The notes: generated from the letters alone by a model not told the origin. A stretch of 64,000 nucleotides of DNA from Nemertoderma westbladi (GCA_032718475.1 JAUCBJ010006959.1:26140-90139); one strand, 5' to 3'. Positions 14,503 through 27,575 are shown, counted from the first letter of the stretch. Numbers and translations are program-made.

Positions 14503-15878
14503 GTAATGATTTCTTACTAGAATAATATATTATTATTATTTATGTTATACTGTAGCAGCTACAGTATACAGTGTACTTACTTTACCTACTTCAAGTTTAT
14601 AGACGGCTAAACGAACGTGTTCCCTGAGTCCTTCAAAATTGTAACGGCGCTCATAAACAGCGTATAATGCTGCATATGATTAATAGGTAATTTTATGTTG
14701 CAGTCAATCCGTTTATTGTTTTGTTTAAAAAACACGGCCTCTGTAACCTGCTCCATTCCGTTAATTTTCATATTCTAAGTAGGTGAGATACAGTAGAAGT
14801 TGTATTTTCGCATACAATATTTTGCTACAAGAGTTAAAATAAGTCGATATTGCACCAGTTACACCACCGTTATTCTTCAAACTTATAGTCGAGTAAATCT
14901 AGTCCGAACCAAATTTATTAATATTCTATATTACCTTGTTAATGCCAAACAAAAATTTATATAAAATTTTATATTGCGGATCATGTTTATTCATGAAAAT
15001 TCCGCGCAAATTTGCATAACACAAGCCAAACAAAAGGAGCAGTAGGCGCGCCTAGGGAAGAGTAAGTGGCAAATTAGTAATGCTCCAGTATAATTTAATT
15101 AATTTCACAATAAGCTGCGATTCAATGGGAAATTAGTAATATTTACACTGGCGTGTTGCACATTAATTGCCATATCTCGGAAACTAGAAGTCGCATCAAA
15201 TTTTTAAATGTATTAAATTATTAGCGATATATTAAGGAAACAGCTGTAAAGAAAAAAATACAATTCCACTGCAAGGAAATTTCATAATTTCCATTAATGT
15301 TAGTGAAGATTGGAAGATAATAAAATTTGGATTGCAGTATTGAATTTACAGAACTGTACGTGTAATTAATTTATTTGTTTTAGTTTAAAAATCACAGACT
15401 TAGTTAATCATATGTATTGGTATTTTTTTGGGAATAAGGGGTTCTGGGGTCGACAAATGGATAGTACTTAAGTCATATCTGAACCTATCTGAACCCAATC
15501 TGTACCCAATCTCAAGAATTATACCAAATCTGAACCCAATCTGAATCGAAAATAGAAAGAGGGGTGAAAATTATAAATTTTTGCATTAATAATTTTGAAA
15601 TTTGAAGAAATTTTTCATATCTTTTTTCATATTTAAATTTTGTATTGTACCGCCTGCAGCTGCAGTACTACAGTACTGCTGACAGCATACATCTGTACAT
15701 AGGCTACCTACATTACAATTCTTACAGCTCCAGGCAGGCCTACTACATTTAGGCCTACTGCTGTGTATCAATGTATGTATGTATGCAGTCGTTAGCGTTA
15801 TAGCTCACAGCTACCTGGTACCGGTAGGCGGTACTACTACTACTACTAGGATCGGCATGCTGCATTGCAGCTGCACTT

Positions 15879-16637
15879 TTAAGAATGCTGTGCCGGCTTA
15901 TCGACAAAATTGCACCGCCACAACTCCCTATTACCCATGACATTTGCTAGATCATCTGCATCTTCAAGGCCAGTGTCCTTTAAGATGCGTCTCAAGAAAG
16001 TCATGGGCTGTCCACCATGCTTATTCACTCCATGAGGCTGCCAAAGTACAAGATTATGCACTGGTTGGTCCTCACGGCGAAAGCAATGCCCTGCAAAGCG
16101 GAGGCGATTTTGTTCTAGTGTCAAGCTTGGGGGAACCAATGAAACACCTCCAATGTTATATAGTTTCTGGTTGGAGATGTGTGCATTGTACTTGACACAA
16201 TGAACCCGGCGTAGCATTCTTGTGAATGTACCATCCAGAGATTTGGTGTCCTCAGCAGTTAGAGCCCAGCGTGGACTCCCATAGAGGAGTACTGGAACTA
16301 CTGCTGCTCTAAATAATCGGACCTTAAGTTTCCGATTAATTCTCGGTGACTTCCAAATCCTGGAAAGCCTATTCAAGGCTGCCCATGCCTTTCCCTTACG
16401 TATTCGAAGGTCCTCACCTGACTTCCGGATCCATGATCCCAGGTAACAGAAGTCATCCACATGCTCAAGCATACCATCTTTTGAGCTTATGCTCATCCGA
16501 TCAGAGACATGCTGAGGACTTTCAAAGTTAACTGTCAAAATTTTGGTCTTTCTGGAGTTAATAAAAAGACCAACACTAGAAGCAGCATGTTCTAATGAGC
16601 TGAGGAGCCGTTGGGCTCCCTCTAGTGATTCCGAGAG
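15879..16637 (-). mobile_element. 5'-truncated RTE-clade non-LTR retrotransposon (C-terminal part of RT)
   Basis: Frame reads AQRLLSSLEHAASSVGLFINSRKTK..VDDFCYLGSWI..KAWAALNRLSRIWKS..KLKVRLFRAAVVPVLLYGS..LDGTFTRMLRR, typical of the RTE RT thumb/C-terminal region. Confidence 0.85.
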
Positions 16638-17204
16638 TCCGTTGCTCCGGAAACTACATAGATTGATTGGTAACTACAGTAGGTAGTAGGTACTGTAACT
16701 ACAGTAGGTACTGTAACTACAGTAGGTACTGTAACTACAGTAGGCTACTAGTACTATGCACTAGTGCATAGTTTAGACAATCGATAGTAATTGGTCCAAA
16801 GTTTGTCTATGCCTTGTTGCTATGTAAAATCCATGTTGCTAATGAAAGAAACAGGAAATTGAAAGTGTTCCGTATAATATATATATAATATAACTTTTTT
16901 AGGGTATTAACAATGTAATTCAAAATAAAAATTTTTATTGACAAATTTTCAATAAATTAAATTCCCAATAAATTTCCCTTTTTTGGCTATAGATTGACAC
17001 GCCTATTGTAGTGGAAAGCAGGCGATGTAAGGATTCCAAATATGCAAGAAAATATTTATGTGGTTGGGAAATAGCTGTGATTGACGGTTCTAAGATTGCA
17101 TGTTATTTAATCCGCTGGTGGCTATTTTATTCTACATTATTTCATAAAATTACACAAAATACATGAACGTTCCGTTTATCTCACAAAAAACTGGGCAATA
17201 ATAA

Positions 17205-20062
17205 AATTCCAACACCATCACCACTTAATTAATATAACAATTCCAACACCATCACCACTTAATTAATATAACAATGCCGACACCATCACCACTTAATTAA
17301 TATAACAATGCCGACACCATCACCACTTAATTAATATAACAATGCCAACACCATCACCACTTAATTAATATAACAATGCCAACACCATCACCACTTAATT
17401 AATATAACAATTCCAACACCATCACCACTTAATTAATATAACAATGCCGACACCATCACCACTTAATTAATATAACAATGCCAACACCATCACCACTTAA
17501 TTAATATAACAATGCCGACACCATCACCACTTAATTAATATAACAATTCCAACACCATCACCACTTAATTAATATAACAATGCCGACACCATCACCACTT
17601 AATTAATATAACAATGCCAACACCATCACCACTTAATTAATATAACAATGCCAACACTATCACCACTTAATTAATATAACAATGCCAACACCATCACCAC
17701 TTAATTAATATAACAATGCCGACACCATCACCACTTAATTAATATAACAATACCGACACCATCACCACTTAATTAATATAACAATGCCGACACCATCACC
17801 ACTTAATTAATATAACAATGCCGACACCATCACCACTTAATTAATATAACAATGCCGACACCATCACCACTTAATTAATATAACAATGCCGACACCATCA
17901 CCACTTAATTAATATAACAATGCCGACACCATCACCACTTAATTAATATAACAATGCCGACACCATCACCACTTAATTAATATAACAATGCCGACACCAT
18001 CACCACTTAATTAATATAACAATGCCAACACCATCACCACTTAATTAATATAACAATGCCGACACCATCACCACTTAATTAATATAACAATGCCAACACC
18101 ATCACCACTTAATTAATATAACAATGCCAACACCATCACCACTTAATTAATATAACAATGCCAACACCATCACCACTTAATTAATATAACAATGCCGACA
18201 CCATCACCACTTAATTAATATAACAATGCCAACACTATCACCACTTAATTAATATAACAATGCCAACACCATCACCACTTAATTAATATAACAATGCCAA
18301 CACCATCACCACTTAATTAATATAACAATACCGACACCATCACCACTTAATTAATATAACAATGCCGACACCATCACCACTTAATTAATATAACAATGCC
18401 AACACCATCACCACTTAATTAATATAACAATGCCGACACCATCACCACTTAATTAATATAACAATGCCGACACCATCACCACTTAATTAATATAACAATG
18501 CCAACACCATCACCACTTAATTAATATAACAATGCCGACACCATCACCACTTAATTAATATAACAATGCCGACACCATCACCACTTAATTAATATAACAA
18601 TGCCGACACCATCACCACTTAATTAATATAACAATGCCGACACCATCACCACTTAATTAATATAACAATGCCGACACCATCACCACTTAATTAATATAAC
18701 AATGCCGACACCATCACCACTTAATTAATATAACAATGCCGACACCATCACCACTTAATTAATATAACAATGCCAACACCATCACCACTTAATTAATATA
18801 ACAATGCCGACACCATCACCACTTAATTAATATAACAATGCCGACACCATCACCACTTAATTAATATAACAATGCCAACACCATCACCACTTAATTAATA
18901 TAACAATGCCGACACCATCACCACTTAATTAATATAACAATGCCGACACCATCACCACTTAATTAATATAACAATGCCAACACCATCACCACTTAATTAA
19001 TATAACAATGCCGACACCATCACCACTTAATTAATATAACAATGCCGACACCATCACCACTTAATTAATATAACAATGCCGACACCATCACCACTTAATT
19101 AATATAACAATGCCAACACCATCACCACTTAATTAATATAACAATGCCGACACCATCACCACTTAATTAATATAACAATGCCGACACCATCACCACTTAA
19201 TTAATATAACAATGCCAACACCATCACCACTTAATTAATATAACAATGCCGACACCATCACCACTTAATTAATATAACAATGCCGACACCATCACCACTT
19301 AATTAATATAACAATGCCGACACCATCACCACTTAATTAATATAACAATGCCGACACCATCACCACTTAATTAATATAACAATGCCGACACCATCACCAC
19401 TTAATTAATATAACAATGCCGACACCATCACCACTTAATTAATATAACAATGCCGACACCATCACCACTTAATTAATATAACAATGCCGACACCATCACC
19501 ACTTAATTAATATAACAATGCCGACACCACCACCACTTAATTAATATAACAATGCCAACACCATCACCACTTAATTAATATAACAATGCCGACACCATCA
19601 CCACTTAATTAATATAACAATGCCAACACTATCACCACTTAATTAATATAACAATGCCAACACCATCACCACTTAATTAATATAACAATGCCAACACCAT
19701 CACCACTTAATTAATATAACAATGCCGACACCATCACCACTTAATTAATATAACAATGCCGACACCATCACCACTTAATTAATATAACAATGCCGACACC
19801 ATCACCACTTAATTAATATAACAATGCCGACACCATCACCACTTAATTAATATAACAATGCCGACACCATCACCACTTAATTAATATAACAATGCCGACA
19901 CCATCACCACTTAATTAATATAACAATGCCGACACCATCACCACTTAATTAATATAACAATGCCGACACCATCACCACTTAATTAATATAACAATGCCGA
20001 CACCATCACCACTTAATTAATATAACAATGCCAACACCATCACCACTTAATTAATATAACAA
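17205..20062. repeat. Highly homogeneous 34-bp tandem array (~84 copies)
   Basis: ACAATGCCRACACCATCACCACTTAATTAATATA repeated without spacers. Confidence 0.98.
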
Positions 20063-20602
20063 CTTTTTCAGCAGGTTGGAGCCCCCGTAACGTTTTTTTC
20101 AAATTTATATCAAAATTTACTAAATATGGTATGACGATAGTTTTGTCACTTTTCTTACTGATGGGCCTGCCGGATTTTGCATTTTTTTTCAAATTATTTA
20201 GCTTCATCAAACCGTTAAAAATTGCATCTTATTTAGCAATATACTGTATATATAGGCCTACAATATAACAACCTCCTTCGGCTTGATTTGTTGTCTTTGG
20301 AATGTATTCTAGTTGTCATCATTAGAACCGCCTTTGTCTTCAATTACTGTGCCTTCCACACTCTTCGATTTTTTTTACTATTTTTTCCTGTAGGCTTATG
20401 TTTATTAAAGTTATAACACCCGCCTCTCTAATTCTCCAATCCCGCTCTAAATAATCTGGTAACAAAAATAACCTTCACTTAGTTCAAATTTCCTATAAAC
20501 CTTGCTACGATAAACTTCTAATTCTGAAGTTAATATTTTAAAGAAAACAACATTTTACAACGTTTTAATATGTTAATATGTGTGAAAGTGTCCAACAACA
20601 TT

Positions 20603-20788
20603 CAACAAGCACGTTTGCCTTGCCGGCATGCAGGTTTAGGGGTACCCTCTGTTGCTTTCACAGCCCCATGTGCCTATCTTTCTTTAGGGGTACCCTCTGT
20701 TGCTTCCACAGCCCCATGTGCTTATCTTTCTTTAGGGGTACCCTCTGTTGCTTCCACAGCCCTATGTCCTATCTTTCTTTAGGGGTAC
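20603..20788 (+). repeat. 48-bp minisatellite, left part; derived from a non-LTR RT coding remnant
   Basis: TTAGGGGTACCCTCTGTTGCTTCCACAGCCCCATGTGCCTATCTTTCT x3, preceded in frame by QQARLPCRHAG. It stops at GGTAC and resumes at 40935. Confidence 0.85.
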
Positions 20789-20810
20789 TGTTACGGTATA
20801 TGGCGCTGTA

Positions 20811-21131
20811 AGTAGTATAATATACTATGACCCCCGGCCAAGGTCACCCGTAGCCCATCATTACCATCCATTTCTGGTACTGCAACCAATCAGAAGCCAC
20901 CATTTCATCCTTTAGCAGTGGTCGTTATTATTTCAACCTATCAGATGACAGCATTTCATCCGTAACCATGGTAAATTCTCAAGTTCCCGCTTATTCCGCT
21001 AGAGGCGTTATTAGTCCCCCGACGCTAGTACTGCATCCAATCACCAACCTTTATTTTACAGGTGTTCGAGTGTCTACACTTAGCATCAGGTAACGTCTAC
21101 TATTTTTCAAATAGCAATTTTTCACCAACCA
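20811..21131 (+). repeat. Polinton left terminal inverted repeat (contains CCAAT boxes)
   Basis: Reverse complement of 38431-38751 with only a few mismatches. AACCAATCAG near 20884 and ATCCAATCAC near 21035. Confidence 0.95.
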
Positions 21132-21395
21132 GTATTTTTCATATTCACCAACCGTTATTTTACAGACGCTAGAGGTGTCTACAGGTAACTTCTACTATTT
21201 TTCAAATCGCAATTTTTCAGCAACCAGTATTTTTCATATTTACCAACCTTTATTTTACAGACGCTAGAGGTGTCTACAGGTAACTTCTACTATTTTTCAA
21301 ATCGCAATTTTTCAGCAACCAGTATTTTTCATATTCACCAACCTTTATCTTACAGATGCTAGAGGTGTCTACAGGTAACTTCTACTATTTTTCAC
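21050..21395 (+). repeat. 95-bp subterminal tandem repeat (~3.5 copies) extending from the left TIR
   Basis: A(C/T)GCTAGAGGTGTCTACAGGTAAC recurs at 21166, 21261 and 21356. Confidence 0.9.
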
Positions 21396-21945
21396 CAGTA
21401 ACTAAATTTAATTTTGCAATTTTTCAGATAACAAAATATTCAACCGGATTCGAACCCGGGACCGATATAACTCCTCACAACTCACCAATCACTCTTCCAT
21501 CCAACCTCGAGAGAAAAAGGCGATAAATATCTGAGTTATACCATAGTCATTGAATTCTTCATCTTCATCACCGGTAGCAGATGTTTATAAATAGCTTCTA
21601 GTTCCTTAACATAATTACTATAGCGTAGAATACATTAATTCGACTATTAATAATAATCAATTTCTTTTATCGTTGTAACTGGTCGATCAACTAAGTTGAA
21701 TATAAGTTAGAATGACAGGGCTAGCATTGATTACGTTGCATCTGTTACACGTTACTGCTATTTCACTCTCTAACTCACGCTAATGTAATAAATTTAGCTG
21801 TACACGTTGCATCTGTTACACGAATCTACTATATTCCTCACTGTAAGTCACTCTGTTTTATTAAAGCAACCATATAAACCGAAGTTTTACAATCTAATAA
21901 TCATTTATTTAGTTTTTATTTTTCAAAATAGTTTTCATTCTAATT

Positions 21946-22992
21946 ATGGATTTATTTAAAAAAACTTCAAGCAATACTTGGAAATTTACATTTAATAAAT
22001 ATACCTGTAGTATTGTTTATGGCAAGTACTTTATATTACTCTCAAGCGATAGCAATGTAACAACGTGCTTCTCTTACCAGGATACACTCTACCTTCTAGA
22101 CGTCTTAGAAATATTATTCAACCGACAAAAGGAATCACCAGTTTCAAGAGGTAATATTTATCCTAATATAGAATTTACAAGAGGAAAGTTAAATATTTCC
22201 ACCTGTGTTATTACTGAAAACGTATATATTCAGAAGCAAGGCAAATGTCAAATTCTAAACAAATCACTCATTAATTTATTACTTCAGAGTAAGACAGAAA
22301 TATTAGAATTGTTATCACCACCACTCGAAATAATAAATCAGTGTTATGTTGTTAATTTAACCAACCCATCTTTTGTTGGTTTTGTAAGCAAATATAAAGG
22401 AGCGACTTATATGGGACTATGGGAGATTTCAGCTAGATATTCTGATGCTATTGGTCTTAGGTATTATAATGGGTTTAACTTAACAGTATCGGAAGTAAAT
22501 TCATTGTGGTATGAATGGAATTATGAAATTAGTAACGAAGGTGTCTTTTCAGAGCTAGATACGGACGATAAAGTAGCTTTATCTGACCGACTTAAAGTAA
22601 AAATAAATGTACAAGAAAAAAAAGTAATTATTACAGACAAGGAAAGCAAATATTTACAGTTACATTACGATAAAGACATACCTCATATAGAGTTTCTCTA
22701 TGATATGATGTTAAAGGTTTCATCAACTGATATAGCAGACGGTTTCACGATTCTATATCCACCAACTTGGAAGTTTAAGGATAATAAGTCATTTCCAGAA
22801 GTAGTTTCATCCATATTTAATCCAAAGACATACATCGAAGAGACCTCGAGTGATAGAAAGCGCAGATCTACATCTCAATCATCTTCCATTCCCAACAATG
22901 ATTCTATACCTACAAAGAAAATAAAAGTTACAAAAGCAAGTGAAGAGGTAGCAGATTACAATAAGGAACATATAAAAACAGTATCAGATTGA
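21946..22992 (+). CDS. Polinton accessory protein, possibly with PC4-like ssDNA-binding domains
   Basis: Intact 348-aa ORF. VSKYKGATYMGLWE...GFNLTVSEVNSL resembles the PC4 core. Basic NLS-like C-terminal motifs (RKRR, PTKKIKV). Confidence 0.6.
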   Translation: MDLFKKTSSNTWKFTFNKYTCSIVYGKYFILLSSDSNVTTCFSYQDTLYLLDVLEILFNRQKESPVSRGNIYPNIEFTRGKLNISTCVITENVYIQKQGKCQILNKSLINLLLQSKTEILELLSPPLEIINQCYVVNLTNPSFVGFVSKYKGATYMGLWEISARYSDAIGLRYYNGFNLTVSEVNSLWYEWNYEISNEGVFSELDTDDKVALSDRLKVKINVQEKKVIITDKESKYLQLHYDKDIPHIEFLYDMMLKVSSTDIADGFTILYPPTWKFKDNKSFPEVVSSIFNPKTYIEETSSDRKRRSTSQSSSIPNNDSIPTKKIKVTKASEEVADYNKEHIKTVSD

Positions 22993-23551
22993 TTTATTAT
23001 TAACTAGAGACTTTTCTTTTTCAGTTTCACACTGACTTGTAAAGGTAACTTTTTATCACAAAGCGTGATTATTATAAAGTATTTGCATGTAAAGGTGACT
23101 TTATTGAGTAAATATTGGTGATAGTTTAATGTGAGCACGGGATTAGGTATAAAACATTCGCATGTAAATGCGTGAGTTTACACCACCATAATAAAACATT
23201 TGCATGTAAAACCTACTTTATCAATGAAAATTAAAAACGCATTAGACACATCTTGGTTTAGACTTGATTTTATTATAAAGAATTCAGTTGTAAAAGCAAC
23301 TTTATTTATGATATTAGTTTCCAATGTAACTGTTATTTATGATTGGTTGGTATAAGTAGAAACTTGAAATACAGTATATATATATATAAAGAACTCAACT
23401 GATTCAATCGATCTCATTCTGAAAATATTAAATTAATTAAAGTTTAGATATTATATTTTATTTGTGTTGAGTAGCTTATGAATTTTTTTTTGATTATATA
23501 TATATAACAATATTCATATTAATTTTAAATTGTTTTTAGGATAATAAAGAG

Positions 23552-26500
23552 ATGGATAAACAATTGAAATGTCCATTTTGTCCTCTTCAAATTTCTAAAC
23601 GAAATTATTTAACACATGTGAAATCTCATTTTGAAGAATACAATTGTTTTAATTGTCGTGTGAAATGTTCACGTGAAGAAATATGTAAACGACATGAATC
23701 GACTACGGGATGTAAAGAAATGAAGTTTTGCGTGTATGAAAAAACTTGCCCTACTTGTAATAAAGAGTATTTATATGAGAATTACTTACGTCACGACTGT
23801 CACCAACGTTATTATCATGTTAGACCACCACCACCACAACGGAACCAAAACAATACTATGGTATCTAGAAAAAGACTGAAATCTGGTCAAGGTTCATCAA
23901 TTTTTAACATCGAACGAGCCGCACACGATAACCGTTTAGAAATCTATGTTTACAATCTTCCAGATGATGAAGATTTTCCTGATATTCATTCATCATTAAT
24001 TAAAATTCTACCTCACATCCAAACTTTATTATTAGGAAAACTTAGCGAAATGAATGTACTTAGACCCTGGCTAGGTGTGAATATACTCATGTATCGATCA
24101 CATTTTTCAGAGGGTGATCAAGAAGAAGCTTTCTATTTTAGTTCTTCAGGTGGTGCAGTTAATACCGTAGATTCACATGAAAGTTTTGACACATGGTTTG
24201 AGTATGTATTAGAAAAATTAATGCAAAAAATAGCCATGTTTAACACTCGTGGCTCAGGGTGGCGTGTTAAATCTTTATTAAGGGTTGAAATTAAAGTAGC
24301 TGAATCCAAGTGTAGGTCGTTACTATATAAAGGACATGGTTATATGGAGTTACCTAAGGCTCTATCAGGTAAAAATTGTACAATAAATATACAAACGGGT
24401 GATAATGACTGTTTCAAATGGGCAATTATAGCTACAAAATTTAGTAGCAAAGTGAAAGATCACAAATATCGTACTTCGTCATACAAAAATTATATGAGTC
24501 ATTTCATTTTTGACAACGGGAACAAAGATTATCCAACAGAATGGCAGCTTGCAATTAAACTTTTTGAAAAACAGAATTCATCATATATAATTAATTTATT
24601 ACTCTACAACAACAATCGAGTATCTATATTAAGACAGGCACCATTTAGTAAAATCACACCAGATAAAGAGTTATTGAATATATTACTTGTAAAAAATAAG
24701 AATACGAGTAAACAATCACATTATGTTTGCATAACTAACTTGAATCGTTTGATGAATACAAGAGGTAAGCATATTGGATGTAGGAAATATTGTGAACGGT
24801 GTTTGGCACCTTTCTACACCAATGATGTTCTAGAACGTCACCGTCTTGTTTGTTATCGAGGAAAAAGTCAAGTTGAGAAGCTACCATCTGAAAAAAGAAC
24901 TCACATTAGCTTTAGAAATTTAGACAGAACATTACCAGCATTGTTTGTAATATATTTTGACATAGAATCTATTTTGGAGCCAGCCACCAACAGTAAATTT
25001 ATTCAGAATCATATTCCTTGCGCTGTAAGTTATTTAATTGTTCCTAGTGCCGAATTAATCAATCCACCAAAATTTTATTTGAAGACCTTTACAAAAACAA
25101 TCGACAACAACTGTATTCAAGACTTTTTAGACTCTGTATATAATGACATCACCCAATTATATAAGTGGTCGGAAGACCACACAAGAGAGAGAATGATACT
25201 TAATGATGCAGATAAGTTAAGTTTTTGGAAAGCTAAAACTTGCTTTTATTGCAATGTTTTATTTAAGGATAAGTCTGAGAAAAACAAACATCACTCACAT
25301 ATTACTGGTAACTATATAGCAGCCGCTTGTAACGCGTGTAACCGCTCTTTATCGTTGAAACGACACATGTATATACTCGCTGCACACAACAGCAATCACT
25401 ACGATTTGCATTTTCTTTTGCAAGTTGGTTTTACCAACAATAAATATTCCGATTGGAATATAAAGGTGATCCCTAAAAATTCTGAAAGGTATATTTCACT
25501 AAGCATGCATATACCGGTGAAAGACTCAAAAACAAAGCTTGAGCTACGTGTCTTAGACACATATCAATTTTTATCCTTTTCCCTAAGTACTTTAGTTGAT
25601 TGTTCAACAAAGGATATAGACAGCGAGGATATAACATCAGTTCTACCAATTACTGAACAGCAAATGAAATATTTTTATCCAAATTTAAATAATGCAACAA
25701 TTAAACGAAAAGGTATATTTCCCTACGAGTACCTGACAGATTTAAATAAATTCAATGATTCGAAATTACCATCAATAGACAAATTTTATAGTAAATTAAC
25801 ACAAAATACCTGTACACCCGAGGAATATAGTTTCGCCAACGCATCATGGAGTCAGTTTGACTGTGTGAATCTCAAGGATTATCTTTTAGCATACTTAAAA
25901 CTCAATGTTTGTCTCCTCGCTGATATATTTGAGAACTTTAGGAGAGTGTGTAGACAAAACTACGAATTAGAAGTAGTTTATTATTGCAGTATCGCAGCTT
26001 TCACTTATGATTGCGCCCTGAAATACAATAAATGTAAGTTAACATTAATAAAAGATTACCAAACATATAGAGATTTTGAAGCATCTATTAGAGGAGGGGT
26101 TTCATTCTGTCGAAAGCATTACATAGAATCAAATATACCAGATACTGATAATTATGATCCAAGCAAGGAAGAGTGTCATATTTTTAATATAGATTTTAAT
26201 TCCTTGTATTCTGGTAATTTAAGTAAAAAGCTACCTGTTTCAGGGTTTGAACAAGTCAACGTTACATATTTAGAGAATGCTGCTCCAGAAGAACTGATAA
26301 AATATTTGTCAAATCTTGATACTGAAGGGGATATTGGGTTTTTCTTAATTTGCGATTTGAAATATCCCAAAGATATTCATGATTGTACATTAGAACTACC
26401 CTTAGCTCCAGAACATTTAAGTATAAATGAGACAATGCTTTCACCATATATGAGGGAACAATATAACAATGTTTGTAAACAAAGAGGTACTAATAGCAAG

Positions 26501-27575
26501 TATAAGATGTGTGCTCCAAAACTTGTTGACACAATTCGATAAGGAATTATATCATGTAAATTTAAAACTGTTAAAATTTTATATAAAACAAGGTTTAATT
26601 GTTACTAAGCTCCATAAATTATATTCTTTCCATCAAGACTTTGTATTTAAACACTATATAGATTTTAATATTAATCAAAGACGTTTAGCAAAAACGTATA
26701 TTGAAACAGCTGTCGCAAAGCTTTTGAATAATTCGTTATTTGGAAAAACGATAGAGAGGATACGGGACCGATGCAACTTTCGTATCGCGAATAGTAAAGA
26801 GAAGTGCGATTTGTTGGTCAAACGTATAAATCACGAAAATTTCATGATTTATAACGATTCCTTATCGGGACATTTATTAGTGAAAGACTCTGTAACTCTC
26901 GATAAACCGGTCTATGTAGGTAGTACTGTCTTGGACTTGGCTAAATTGGATATGTATGAGTTGTATTACGATAAATTGCTACCTATTGAGAAAGAATTAA
27001 ACTGCCGTATTGAAATTGTAGCGTCAGATACGGACTCTTTGATAGGTTGTTACTATAATACATCGCAGAGTAATTTCTTAAAAGCATTAATTAAAAATAA
27101 TATTTTAGATACATCCAATTACCCCAAGGATCACCCTCTCTACAGCGATAAAAATAAATCCAAGCTCTATTACTGTAAAGACGAACTAGCCTCACGTGAA
27201 ATTAAACAAGCAGTATTTTTAAGACCAAAGTTATATTCAATTTTGGAATGGAATAATAAAAATATTCATAGAGCAAAAGGTATTACAAGAGCGGTCGTGG
27301 ATAAAAATATTTGCCACGAAGATTACGTAAGAGCATATTACGATAACTTAGAAATTTCAAAAGAAACGATTCAATTTCAGAGCAAATTACACAAAGTGTA
27401 TACTATAGCACGTGATAAGTTTGCTCTCAGCGCATTTGACGATAAACTTTATTGGATTAATAAAAATCATTCGCTTCCCTGGGGTCACTATCGAACAAAG
27501 GTCGAAAAACCGATAAAGAAAAACAATATACCTATTTATCGGGAACCAAACAATGAACTATCAGATAGTCAATAA
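23552..27575 (+). pseudogene. polB: Protein-primed family B DNA polymerase (pPolB), split by one frameshift near 26525
   Basis: Exo I YFDIES, Exo II HNSNHYD, RKGIFPYEY, motif A DFNSLY (ORF 23552-26542); motif B KLLNNSLFGK and motif C SDTDS (ORF 26469-27575). Also N-terminal Zn fingers and an EndoVII/HNH-like insert. Confidence 0.95.

Noticed and set aside
17205-20062. CRISPR-like 34-bp repeat length
   Set aside because: No unique spacers, no cas genes, and a eukaryotic intron context.
26469-26542. Programmed ribosomal frameshift in pPolB
   Set aside because: No clear slippery heptamer. Loss of 2 nt from a KLLLTQ-type codon run explains it more simply as decay or a sequencing error.
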